DNA of 33,268 nucleotides from Jatrophihabitantaceae bacterium (GTDB taxonomy: Bacteria > Actinomycetota > Actinomycetes > Mycobacteriales > Jatrophihabitantaceae). Position 1 is the stretch's first letter, and each line of letters opens with the position of its first letter. This document shows positions 17,378-25,835 of this stretch, in pieces. The position numbers were made by a program, and so were the translations under genes. The notes beneath the pieces are model-generated. The model ran no database searches. It saw nothing but the letters and a program-made list of their open reading frames with translations, and was not told the origin of the DNA. The stretch is taken from positions 1 to 33,268 of the forward strand of contig JBHEMN010000072.1 of NCBI GenBank assembly GCA_046262575.1, written 5' to 3'.

Positions 17378-18346
17378 TCATGAGCCGCGGGTCAGCTCCC
17401 GGCGCATGACCACCCGCGCACCCACAGCGTCCAGGCCGGCAGCGCGCTCACTCTCGCGCAGGCGAGCAAGCCCCGGCGAGAGGTCGTCGACGGTCGCGAA
17501 GCCGCGCGCCGCGTAGAACGGGGCGTTCCACGCCGGGCCGGCGAACGTGGTCAGGGTGATCGCCGGGTAACCGTCGGCCGCCGCCCAGTTGCAGGCCGCC
17601 GCCAGCAGGGCGGTGCCGAGGCCGGCGTGCATCCGACCCGGGATCACCGCCAGTTCCGCTAGGTGGGCGAGGCCGTCGAGCTCGTTGACCCACGCGAATC
17701 CGACGGCGGGACGGCCTGCTACGAAGATCGCCTTCGCATCGTCCAACTCGCTCACCGGAAACGGCGTCTCGGGCAGCTCGAGGCCGGATACCCGGAACAG
17801 CGCCTCCGCGCGCTGGTCGATGTCGGGCAGCACCGCCAGGTCGTCGGGCTCGGCGGCCCGGACCTCGGCGGCCCGGACTCGGCTCTGGCCCGGCTCGAGG
17901 GAGACGTCCAGGGCCTGCGCAAGCAGGTGCGGACGGCGCGTGGGCACGACCACCACACCGTCGCCGAGGAGGTGCAGCGTGAGCCCCGGCGTCCCGTGCG
18001 GCAACCCTTCGTGCACGGTCTGGCCGAGCACGGGCAGCAGCGGATCGACCTCGTGAGTGCAGCCGACGATCGACTCGCGCCCGAGCACATGCTCGCCCAC
18101 CTGCAACTCGGTCGGGGTGACGGTTATCGAGCGCACCGTCCTAGCGGCATGCGTGGCGAGAGAACTGACGCCGACGACGAGCGCGATGGCAATCAGCCAG
18201 GCCCAGACATGGAGAAACCCGCCACCAAGCGCGAGGTCGGCGACGAATCCGCCGAGGAGCAGGCCCAAGAGCGCCCAGACAGTGGCGTAGCTGCGCGCCG
18301 GCTCGTAGTACACCGGCGGCTGAGCGCCGTCGCCCGGGGCGCTCAC
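17378..18346 (-). CDS. Membrane-anchored GNAT-family N-acetyltransferase (N-terminal 2-TM plus PH-like region, C-terminal GNAT)
   Basis: The C-terminal GNAT core is present (LAELAVIPGRMHAGLGTALLAAACNWAAADGY...APFYAARGF). The N-terminus has two hydrophobic helices. GTG 18346 overlaps the hemB stop codon (GTGA). The ORF-track ATG at 18376 would overlap hemB by 34 nt. Confidence 0.75.
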   Translation of the reverse strand: MSAPGDGAQPPVYYEPARSYATVWALLGLLLGGFVADLALGGGFLHVWAWLIAIALVVGVSSLATHAARTVRSITVTPTELQVGEHVLGRESIVGCTHEVDPLLPVLGQTVHEGLPHGTPGLTLHLLGDGVVVVPTRRPHLLAQALDVSLEPGQSRVRAAEVRAAEPDDLAVLPDIDQRAEALFRVSGLELPETPFPVSELDDAKAIFVAGRPAVGFAWVNELDGLAHLAELAVIPGRMHAGLGTALLAAACNWAAADGYPAITLTTFAGPAWNAPFYAARGFATVDDLSPGLARLRESERAAGLDAVGARVVMRRELTRGS

Positions 18347-19341
18347 GGCGTCAGGTTCGCCGCTTCGAGCGCCCAATAGGTGAGGATGATCGAGGCGCCG
18401 GCGCGCTTGATCGAGGTGAGCGTCTCCAGGATGACCCGCTCGCGGTCCAACCAGCCGCGTTCGGCAGCCGCCTCGACCATCGCGTACTCGCCGCTGACCT
18501 GGTAGGCCGCCACCGGAACCGGGCAGGCGTCGGCTACCGCCCGCAGCACGTCGAGGTAGGGCAGCGCCGGCTTGACCATCACGATGTCGGCACCCTCGGC
18601 GACGTCGAGCGCCACCTCGGCCAGCGCTTCGCGAACGGTGCGCGTGTGATCCTGCTGGTAGGTGTTGCGGTCACCCACGAGCGAGGAGTTCACGGCCTCG
18701 CGGAACGGACCGTAGAACCCTGAGGCGTACTTCGGGGCGTAGCCGAGGATGCCGACCTCGACGTAGCCCGCGGCGTCCAGCGCCGCGCGCACGGCGCCGA
18801 CCTGGCCGTCCATCATGCCGCTGGTACCGAGCAGGTGCGCGCCCGCGGCGGCCTGCGCGCACGCCATCGTGGCGTAGCGCGCGAGCGTCGCGTCGTTGTC
18901 GACGTCGCGAGTGCCGTCCCCGCTGAGCACGCCACAGTGGCCGTGGTCGGTGAACTCGTCCAGGCACAGGTCGCCCATCAGCACCGTGTCGTCGCCCAGT
19001 TCGGTGCGCAGCCTCCGCAGCGCCACGTTGAGGACGCCGGCCGGGTCGTCTGCGCCGGAGCCGTGGGCGTCCTTCGTCGCCGTGATCCCGAACAGCATCA
19101 GCCCGCCGACGCCCGCCTCGACGGCCGTCACTGCGGCCTTCACAAGGGACTCCTGGGTGTGCTGGACGAGGCCGGGCATCGAGGTCACCGCGACGGGGTC
19201 GGTGCTGCCCTCCCGCACGAACATCGGCAGCACCAGGTCGGCGGGGCGTACCCCGACGTCGCTGACGAGACGGCGCAGCGCCGGGGTGCGCCGCAGCCGC
19301 CGCAACCGCGACACGGGGTACCCAGGAAGCTCAGGCAGCAT
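18343..19341 (-). CDS. hemB: Porphobilinogen synthase (delta-aminolevulinate dehydratase)
   Basis: HemB signatures are present (RLRRLR, LVLPMFV, DLCLDEFTDHGHCG, MVKPALPYLD with the Schiff-base lysine). ATG 19341 is preceded by GGATGGAG at good spacing. ATG 19353 is the alternative start. Confidence 0.9.
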   Translation of the reverse strand: MLPELPGYPVSRLRRLRRTPALRRLVSDVGVRPADLVLPMFVREGSTDPVAVTSMPGLVQHTQESLVKAAVTAVEAGVGGLMLFGITATKDAHGSGADDPAGVLNVALRRLRTELGDDTVLMGDLCLDEFTDHGHCGVLSGDGTRDVDNDATLARYATMACAQAAAGAHLLGTSGMMDGQVGAVRAALDAAGYVEVGILGYAPKYASGFYGPFREAVNSSLVGDRNTYQQDHTRTVREALAEVALDVAEGADIVMVKPALPYLDVLRAVADACPVPVAAYQVSGEYAMVEAAAERGWLDRERVILETLTSIKRAGASIILTYWALEAANLTP

Positions 19342-19358
19342 CACAGTCTCCATCCTGC

Positions 19359-19408
19359 TCGATTGTGGTTCGGCAACCGTCACCTGAGCGGCCAACGCAC
19401 CACAATCG
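19359..19408. repeat. Inverted repeat CGATTGTGGT-N29-ACCACAATCG, copy 2 of the shared palindromic element
   Basis: The arms are at 19360-19369 and 19399-19408, and two more base pairs follow one mismatch. It lies in the 63-75-nt gap between the hemD-fusion stop codon (19417) and the hemB start codon. TCGATTGTGGTTCG (19359-19372) is identical to 10520-10533. Confidence 0.8.
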
Positions 19409-19416
19409 GCACGCAG

Positions 19417-20970
19417 TCAGCGCCCGGAGCGACGTCCCGGTCGGGCTGCCTTCTTCGCCGCCGCCGCGGCAGCTTTCTCCCGCTCCTCGGCAGTCCGAGC
19501 CGAGGCGTATTCGGCGAGCGCGTCGACCAGGGCCGGCACGGTTGCCGAGTCCGGCTCCACATCCACCCGCAGGCCGAACTCGCGGGCCGTCGCTGCGGTC
19601 TGCGGGCCGATGCAGGCGACCACCGTCCGGGCGTGCGGCTTGCCGGCGATGCCGACCAGGTTGCGCACCGTGGACGACGAGGTGAAGCACACCGCCTGGA
19701 AGCCCCCGGACTTGATCGCGTCGCGGATCTCGGCGGCCGGCGGGGCAGCGCGCACCGTGCGGTAGGCCGTCACGTCGTCGATCTCCCAGCCGCGCTCCCG
19801 CAACCCGGCAGCGAGCGTCTCGGTGGCGATGTCGGCACGCGGCAGCAGCACCCGGTCGATCGGGTCCAGCACGTCGTCGTAGGGCGGGAAGTCGTCGAGC
19901 AGGCCCTCGGAGGACTGCTCACCGGAGGGCACCAACTCCGGCCGGATACCGAACGCGCGCACCGCGTCGGCGGTCGCCTCGCCGACACAGGCAATCTTCA
20001 CACCAGCGAACGCGCGGGCGTCCAGGCCGTACTCCTCGAACTTCTCGCGCACCGCGCGCACCGCGTTCGTCGAGGTGAACACGATCCACTCGTAGCGACC
20101 GGTGACCAAGCCCTTCAGGGCACGCTCCATCTGCGTGGGCGTGCGCGGCTGCTCGACGGCGATGGTCGGCACCTCGACGGGTGTCGAGCCGTAGAAGCGC
20201 AGGCGGTCGCTCATCGCGCCGGCCTGGTCCTTGGTCCGCGGAACGAGCACCTTCCAGCCGTAGAGCGGACGCGACTCCCACCAGCTCAGCCGGTCGCGTT
20301 GGGCAGCCGCCTTGCCGACGGTGACGACCAGCGTGCCGGCCATCCCGACGCCGGTCAGCTCGAGCTCGCCGAGAGTGCCGAGGACAGTCTGCTGGCCGGT
20401 GCTCGTGCCGCCGCAGCTCACCGTGACCGGAGTGTCGGGCTTGAGGCCGTTGGCCACGAGTTGCTCGCCGAGCAGGGCGACCCCGGCCGCTGGCACGGCC
20501 ACCACCAAGGTGCCCGGTGCGTGGGCGATCGCCTCGAAGTCAGCGTTGTCCAGAACTCGCAGATCGACCTCGGTACGCACCGAGCCGACGGGCACGCCGG
20601 CGTAAGCCGCGGTGCCGGCGCCGACGGGCACACCAGGCACGATGTCGAAGGGCACGACTGTCTTGGCGACGGCGAGCACCTCCTTGACGGCACCGTCGTC
20701 GGCAAGCGGGTCACCTGCGATCAGTCGCACGACCGACAGTCCGGCACGGGCCTCGGCGAGCACCGCCTTCGCGGTCTCGGCGGGTGTCATCTCGCCGAGT
20801 CGCACCTCGCCGGTGGCCAACGCCGTGATCGACGCCGGCACCCCCGCATCGGCAACGACGAGTTCGGCGCGCTGCAACGCGTTGACGGCGTGTACGGCCA
20901 GCAGGCCCGGGTCCCCCGGACCGGCACCGACAAAGCTGACACGGCCCAGGACCTTGCGCGCTCGGGTCAT
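19417..20970 (-). CDS. hemD: Fused uroporphyrinogen-III C-methyltransferase-like / uroporphyrinogen-III synthase (mycobacterial Rv0511 type)
   Basis: The N-terminal tetrapyrrole methylase motif is present (VSFVGAGPGDPGLL, VPGVP), but the GDP-loop is divergent (IAGDPLADDG). The C-terminal HemD domain follows (WKVLVPRTKDQAG...). ATG 20970 overlaps the hemC stop codon (ATGA). Confidence 0.85.
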   Translation of the reverse strand: MTRARKVLGRVSFVGAGPGDPGLLAVHAVNALQRAELVVADAGVPASITALATGEVRLGEMTPAETAKAVLAEARAGLSVVRLIAGDPLADDGAVKEVLAVAKTVVPFDIVPGVPVGAGTAAYAGVPVGSVRTEVDLRVLDNADFEAIAHAPGTLVVAVPAAGVALLGEQLVANGLKPDTPVTVSCGGTSTGQQTVLGTLGELELTGVGMAGTLVVTVGKAAAQRDRLSWWESRPLYGWKVLVPRTKDQAGAMSDRLRFYGSTPVEVPTIAVEQPRTPTQMERALKGLVTGRYEWIVFTSTNAVRAVREKFEEYGLDARAFAGVKIACVGEATADAVRAFGIRPELVPSGEQSSEGLLDDFPPYDDVLDPIDRVLLPRADIATETLAAGLRERGWEIDDVTAYRTVRAAPPAAEIRDAIKSGGFQAVCFTSSSTVRNLVGIAGKPHARTVVACIGPQTAATAREFGLRVDVEPDSATVPALVDALAEYASARTAEEREKAAAAAAKKAARPGRRSGR

Positions 20971-21890
20971 TTCGAGCTCCCCATCATCTGGTCTGCACCG
21001 TCGGCGAGCAGGTCGGCAGCTAGCCGCCGCCCGACACCGTCGGCATCGGTTGTCGCGCCAGTGGCCGACAGCCGGACGGCGGAGCTGCCGTCGGTGGCGG
21101 TCACTGATCCGCGAAGGAAAACTTCGAGTACGGCACCGTCGCCCTCGACCACCTCGGCAAGCGCGCCGACCGGGGCAGAGCATCCTGCTTCCAGCGCCAC
21201 GAGCAACGCACGCTCGGCGGATACGGCGGTCGCCGTGTCGGGGTGGTTGAGCGCGGCAAGCACGGCGATCGTGTCATCGTCGCGGGACCTGCACTCAACC
21301 GCGAGCGCCCCCTGTGCAGGCGCTGGCAGAACCTGGATAGGGTCGAGGACCTCGGTGGCCTCGTCGCCGCGGCCCAGGCGCCGCAAACCGGCATAGGCCA
21401 GCACCACCGCGTCCAGGTCGCCGGAGGCCACCTTGCCCAGGCGTGTGTCCACGTTGCCGCGCAGCCCCACGATCTCCAGGCCGAGTCCGAGCGCTCGGAG
21501 CTGCGCGGCCCGGCGCGGCGAACCGGTGCCGACCCGCGCGCCCGCTGGCAGCTGCCCCAGGCTGAGACCGTCACGGGCGATCAGTGCGTCGCGCGGATCC
21601 TCGCGCTGGGGCACGGCAGCGATCACGATGCCCTCGGCGGGCGCGGTGGGCAGATCCTTGTACGAGTGGACTGCGACATCGATCTGGCCGGCAAGCAGCG
21701 CGGTTCGCAGCGCGGACACGAAAACTCCCGTGCCGCCGATCTGGGTGAGCGCCTCGCTGGAGCGATCGCCCGCTGTGGCGATGTGGATGATTTCCGCCGG
21801 CGCCTCGAGCGCGGACACGACCAGAGCGGTCTGGGTCCGGGCCAGCGTGCTGCCCCGGGTGCCTACGCGAAGAACGCCGGTGAGGGTCAT
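20967..21890 (-). CDS. hemC: Hydroxymethylbilane synthase (porphobilinogen deaminase)
   Basis: LRVGTRGSTLARTQ N-terminus, GNVDTRL, and a dipyrromethane-cofactor Cys region (LEAGCSAPVG) are present. Its ATG overlaps the hemA stop codon. Confidence 0.95.
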   Translation of the reverse strand: MTLTGVLRVGTRGSTLARTQTALVVSALEAPAEIIHIATAGDRSSEALTQIGGTGVFVSALRTALLAGQIDVAVHSYKDLPTAPAEGIVIAAVPQREDPRDALIARDGLSLGQLPAGARVGTGSPRRAAQLRALGLGLEIVGLRGNVDTRLGKVASGDLDAVVLAYAGLRRLGRGDEATEVLDPIQVLPAPAQGALAVECRSRDDDTIAVLAALNHPDTATAVSAERALLVALEAGCSAPVGALAEVVEGDGAVLEVFLRGSVTATDGSSAVRLSATGATTDADGVGRRLAADLLADGADQMMGSSK

Positions 21891-23173
21891 GAGAGGTTCT
21901 TCTTCACGGCGGCGACTGCTTCGACGGCGGCCTGGTCGAGGTCGAACAGCTCACGCAGCGCGGCCGCGTACCGGTCTCCGCCCGGCGTCGAGGCGAGCTC
22001 CTTGACCCGGACGGTGGGCGCGTGGAGCACCTTTTCGACGGCGCGGCGCACGGCATCGGACACCTCCCGGCGCACGTCGTCGGCCAGACCCGGCAAGCGG
22101 CCGTGCAAGCGCGCCAGTTCCCCCTCGACCACCTGGTTGGCCCGGGCGCGCAACGCCGTGACGGTCGGCGCCACGGCCAGCTGCTGCTGCTCGGCCAGGT
22201 AGGTGCGCAGCTCTCCGGCCACGATCATGGTTGCCGCGCGCACCTCGTCGTCGCTCACCATCGCACCGTTGCTGCGCAGCACATCGAGGTCGACGTAGGT
22301 GATGCCGCGTTGCTCTGCGATGATCGGGTCGACGTCGCGGGGCAGCGCGAGGTCGAGCACGACCAGGGGACGCGACGCACGTGAGCCGACCGCGTCGGAC
22401 TCGACGACGAGGCCGGTCGCCCCGGTGGAGGAGATCAGCAAGTCGGCGGCGGCGATCTCGGCCGGCAGTGCGGCCAGCGGCACCGCCCGACCTCCTAGGG
22501 AACCGGCCAGCCGCTGGGCGGCGGCGGCGGAGCGGTTCGCCACGACGATGTCGGTGAGCCCGCGCCGGCGCAGAGTTGTACACGCGAGAGCACCCATCGA
22601 CCCCGCGCCGACAACAACCGCCCGCCGCCCGCCGAGCGGGCCCAGGACGTTGGTGGCCTGGTCGAGCGCGACCGACACGATCGACGCGCCGGCCCGGGCG
22701 ATTCCGGTGTCGGTGTGCACCTTCTTGCCCACCCGCAGCGCGCTCTGTGCCAGGTCGTGAAGCACGCTGCCCACCGCACCGACCTCGGTGCCCAGCACGT
22801 AGGACGCCCGCAGCTGGCCCAGGATCTGTGACTCACCCACCACCATCGAGTCCAAGCCCGACGCGACCGAGAACATGTGCTCGGCGGCGGCCTCGGCAAA
22901 ATGCACGTAGAGATGGTCGGACAGGTCAGGCATCGCCAGTCCCGCGTGCCGGGCCAGCACCATGGTGATCTCGGCGACGGCGGGGTGGAAGCGGGCCACG
23001 TCGGCGTAGACCTCGACGCGGTTGCACGTCGAGAGGAGCAGCACCTCGCTGATCGTCTCGGCCCGATGCAGTTCGTCGAGGAGCTTGCGCAGATCCTCGA
23101 TCGGCACGGCAGCGCGTTCGAGCACGGACACCGGCGCCGTGCGGTGCGACAGGCCCACCACCAGCACACTCAT
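21887..23173 (-). CDS. hemA: Glutamyl-tRNA reductase
   Basis: MSVLVVGLSHRTAP and LSTCNRVEVY (catalytic Cys) are present, with the NADPH-binding motif VVGAGSMG. ATG 23173 overlaps the rex stop codon (ATGA). The ORF-track ORF is over-extended. Confidence 0.95.
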   Translation of the reverse strand: MSVLVVGLSHRTAPVSVLERAAVPIEDLRKLLDELHRAETISEVLLLSTCNRVEVYADVARFHPAVAEITMVLARHAGLAMPDLSDHLYVHFAEAAAEHMFSVASGLDSMVVGESQILGQLRASYVLGTEVGAVGSVLHDLAQSALRVGKKVHTDTGIARAGASIVSVALDQATNVLGPLGGRRAVVVGAGSMGALACTTLRRRGLTDIVVANRSAAAAQRLAGSLGGRAVPLAALPAEIAAADLLISSTGATGLVVESDAVGSRASRPLVVLDLALPRDVDPIIAEQRGITYVDLDVLRSNGAMVSDDEVRAATMIVAGELRTYLAEQQQLAVAPTVTALRARANQVVEGELARLHGRLPGLADDVRREVSDAVRRAVEKVLHAPTVRVKELASTPGGDRYAAALRELFDLDQAAVEAVAAVKKNLS

Positions 23174-23940
23174 CGCGGCACGGCCTCGGTGAGCACTGCC
23201 GCCGCCTTGCGGTTCTCGTGAAAGGACAGAATCTGCAGCTCGGCGGCCAGATCGACCTTGCGCAGGTCGACGTGTGCGGGCACGGTCAGCACCACGGGCG
23301 CGAAGTTCAGGACGCTCGTGACACCAGCCGCGACGACCCGGTCGCACACCTCCTGGGCGACGGCAGCGGGGGTTGCGAGCACCGCGATCGCGATCTGCTG
23401 CTCGGCGACGATCCGGTCGAGGTCAACGATGTCCTGCACGATCAGACCGCGGAGCTTCGTACCGATGCGCGCGGGATCGGCATCGACGAGGGCGGCGATG
23501 CGAAAGCCGCGCGTCGCAAAGCCCGCGTAGCCGGCCAATGCCTGGCCGAGGTTGCCGATCCCGATCAGAGCGACGGAGCGGTGCACGGTGAGGCCGAGCG
23601 TGCGGGCGATCTCCTCGGTGAGCGTCGTGACGTCGTAGCCGACGCCGCGGATCCCGTAGGATCCGAGGAAAGAGAGGTCCTTGCGCAGCTTGGCGGAGTT
23701 CACGCCGGCCGCGAGCGCCAGCTCCTCGGACGAGACAGTGCTGATCGACCCGTCGCCCAGGCCGCCGAGCACGCGCAAGTAGGTGGCCAATCGGGCGACG
23801 GTGGCCTCGGGCACCGCCCGCGCCCGCGCGATCCGCTCTTCGACCGGGTCGCGACCATAGCCGCGACGCCCGCTCACCATCGCTGCGACGACACGCGGAG
23901 CACCGTTGCGCGCGGGTGGTACGGGCGGCACGGCGGACAT
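23170..23940 (-). CDS. rex: Redox-sensing transcriptional repressor Rex
   Basis: The winged-helix segment is present (PEATVARLATYLRVL...VSSEELA..AGVNSAKLRKDLSFLGSYGIRGVGY) with the Rossmann motif IGIGNLG. It is the first gene of a rex-hemA-hemC-hemD block, as in Streptomyces. AGAGGGG lies upstream of ATG 23940. Confidence 0.9.
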   Translation of the reverse strand: MSAVPPVPPARNGAPRVVAAMVSGRRGYGRDPVEERIARARAVPEATVARLATYLRVLGGLGDGSISTVSSEELALAAGVNSAKLRKDLSFLGSYGIRGVGYDVTTLTEEIARTLGLTVHRSVALIGIGNLGQALAGYAGFATRGFRIAALVDADPARIGTKLRGLIVQDIVDLDRIVAEQQIAIAVLATPAAVAQEVCDRVVAAGVTSVLNFAPVVLTVPAHVDLRKVDLAAELQILSFHENRKAAAVLTEAVPR

Positions 23941-24033
23941 GGGACCCCTCTGCGGGAACGACGCGGGAGGGCGCTCGGACCGGCTTTTCGGCGGCGCCCG
24001 GCCGGTGTGGTAGAAGCTGGCTGGACTCAGCCC

Positions 24034-24063
24034 AAGCTACGCCGCTCGTGAATCTTTTCCCAA
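24034..24063 (-). promoter_or_regulatory. Candidate Rex operator (ROP) overlapping a candidate promoter for rex-hem
   Basis: The plus strand at 24046-24063 reads TCGTGAA-TCTT-TTCCCAA. This matches 12/14 positions of the Streptomyces ROP consensus TTGTGAA-N4-TTCACAA. On the minus strand, TTGGGA (24063-24058), an 18-nt spacer and TAGCTT (24039-24034) form a plausible -35/-10 pair overlapping the site. It lies about 100 nt upstream of the rex ATG. Confidence 0.55.
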
Positions 24064-24133
24064 ATCCCGTTCGCCGTGCTATAGCCGCCGCGACAACCCG
24101 CAGAGCGCGGCCGGACCGTTGAAGCCTCGGGAT

Positions 24134-24388
24134 TCAGCGCGCCAGCGCCTGGCGCAGTCGAACTTCCTCGACGCGCCAGTAGCCGTGTTCCTTCCCGTCG
24201 ATCAGGATCACCGGCACCCGGTCGGAGTACTCGGCGCGGCGCTCGTGCTCGGCGTCGACGTCTAGTTCCTCGTAGCCGAAGCCCAGTTCGCTCGAGAGCC
24301 GACGCAGCAGCACTTCGGCCTCTACGCACAGGTGGCAGCCGGTCCGGGTCACCAGCGTCACGCGGTGTTCAGCTGCTGCCATCATCAC
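24134..24388 (-). CDS. Glutaredoxin-like small redox protein (Rv0508 type)
   Basis: The 84-aa ORF has a CxxC motif (TGCHLC) early in a thioredoxin-fold-sized protein, followed by VPVILIDG. Its position upstream of the hemA region matches mycobacteria. Its 5' end overlaps the acyl-CoA synthetase 3' end by up to 20 nt. Confidence 0.75.
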   Translation of the reverse strand: MMMAAAEHRVTLVTRTGCHLCVEAEVLLRRLSSELGFGYEELDVDAEHERRAEYSDRVPVILIDGKEHGYWRVEEVRLRQALAR

Positions 24389-25835
24389 GCTCCGCCGCGC
24401 GAAGCTGCCATTTCATGATCTTTCCGGTGGCCGTGCGCGGCAGCTGGGAGACGATCTCGATATCACGCGGCAGCTTGAAGTGGGCGAGTGAGCGGGCCGC
24501 CGCGGCAAGAAGCTCGTCGGGATCGAGCACGGCCTGCCCCGCGGGTACGACGTACGCGCGCACGGCCTCCCCGGAGCGCTGGTCGGCGACCCCGACGACC
24601 GCGACCTCACCTACCCCGGGGAGTGCAGCTAGCACCGCCTCGACCTCGGCGGGATAGACGTTGAAGCCGTTGACGATGACGAGTTCTGCGCTGCGGCCGA
24701 CCAGATGCAGTTCGCCGTCCGCGTCGGTGACCGCGATGTCGCCGGTGCCGAACCAGCCGTCGGCGTCCGGTCCGCCCGAGCCGTCTGGCCAGTAACCCGA
24801 GAAGAGGTTCGCGCCACGGACGAATACCCTGCCGGGGTCCTCGGGTCCGGTCGGTTCGCCGTCAGCGTCGCGCAGCTCGACCTCGACGCCCGGCAGTGCC
24901 ACGCCAATGGAGCCTGGCTTCGGTGGCCCGCTGCCAGCGCCGATCGCGTTCATGGTGACCACCGGCGCAGCCTCGGTGAGCCCGTAGCCGTCGTGCAGGA
25001 CCACCCCCAGGCGGGCGAATCCTTGGACGACCGCATACGGCAGGGTCGCCGATCCCGACATTGCGAACCGCACCGACGCGAAGCCTGCGCCGACGCCGGG
25101 CTGCTGCAACCACTGTGCGTACTGCCCCGGCACGCCCAACACGACGCTCACTCGCTCAGCGGCCATCGTCGCAAGCGTGGCCGCGGCGTCGAAGCGATCG
25201 GCGAGCACGATCGTCGCGCCGACCCGCAGCGACATCCCCAGCCCTGCGTTCAGTCCGAAGACGTGGCACAGCGGCAGGGGGACGAACAGCACGTCGTCGG
25301 CGCGCAGCACGGGCGGTTCGACGGCCGCGAGCTGGTCGACGTTGGCGAGTAGGGCCTGCGCCGAGAGCATTGCTCCCTTGGGCCGTCCGCTCGTGCCCGA
25401 GGTGTAGAGCAGCACCGACACCGCCCCGCCGCCCCGCTCGGCCGGCAGGTCCGCCGGAGACCCGCTATGGGGCGCCGCCGCGAGGAGCTCGCGGGCAGCC
25501 GCAGCCGTGAGGTACAGCGCGGCCCCGGAATCGCGCAGGATGTAGTCGATCTCCGCGGCCGTGTACGCGGGGTTCAGTGGCACGGCGATGAGCCCGGCTC
25601 GCAGCGCACCGAGGTAGAGCACCGCGAACGGCACGCCCGTGCCGAGCTCGAGCGCGACCCGATCGCCCGCAACGGCGCCGGCCGCTCTCAGCGCGCGGGC
25701 GGCGCCGGCGACAGCAGAATCGAGTTCGCGCCAGCTCAGCCGGGTATCCGCGTCGACCATCGCGGTGCGCGACGGGTCGCGCGCGGCGCCGTTTGTGACC
25801 AGCTGGGCGATACCGACCGGTCTGTCCTGAGCCAT
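24369..25835 (-). CDS. AMP-dependent acyl-CoA synthetase/ligase (FadD-like)
   Basis: The AMP-binding motif LLYTSGTSGRPKGAM is present, along with DGYGLTE, GTGDIA and the C-terminal LPRTATGKIMK. Confidence 0.9.
   Translation of the reverse strand: MAQDRPVGIAQLVTNGAARDPSRTAMVDADTRLSWRELDSAVAGAARALRAAGAVAGDRVALELGTGVPFAVLYLGALRAGLIAVPLNPAYTAAEIDYILRDSGAALYLTAAAARELLAAAPHSGSPADLPAERGGGAVSVLLYTSGTSGRPKGAMLSAQALLANVDQLAAVEPPVLRADDVLFVPLPLCHVFGLNAGLGMSLRVGATIVLADRFDAAATLATMAAERVSVVLGVPGQYAQWLQQPGVGAGFASVRFAMSGSATLPYAVVQGFARLGVVLHDGYGLTEAAPVVTMNAIGAGSGPPKPGSIGVALPGVEVELRDADGEPTGPEDPGRVFVRGANLFSGYWPDGSGGPDADGWFGTGDIAVTDADGELHLVGRSAELVIVNGFNVYPAEVEAVLAALPGVGEVAVVGVADQRSGEAVRAYVVPAGQAVLDPDELLAAAARSLAHFKLPRDIEIVSQLPRTATGKIMKWQLRAAERDDGSS

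Noticed and set aside
18835-21396. An 853-aa ORF on the plus strand spanning the hemB, hemD and hemC region
   Set aside because: It is antisense to three genes with unmistakable homology. Its translation is Arg/Gly/Ala/His-rich low-complexity sequence, typical of the complementary frame of high-GC genes. I see no motif and no SD-supported start.
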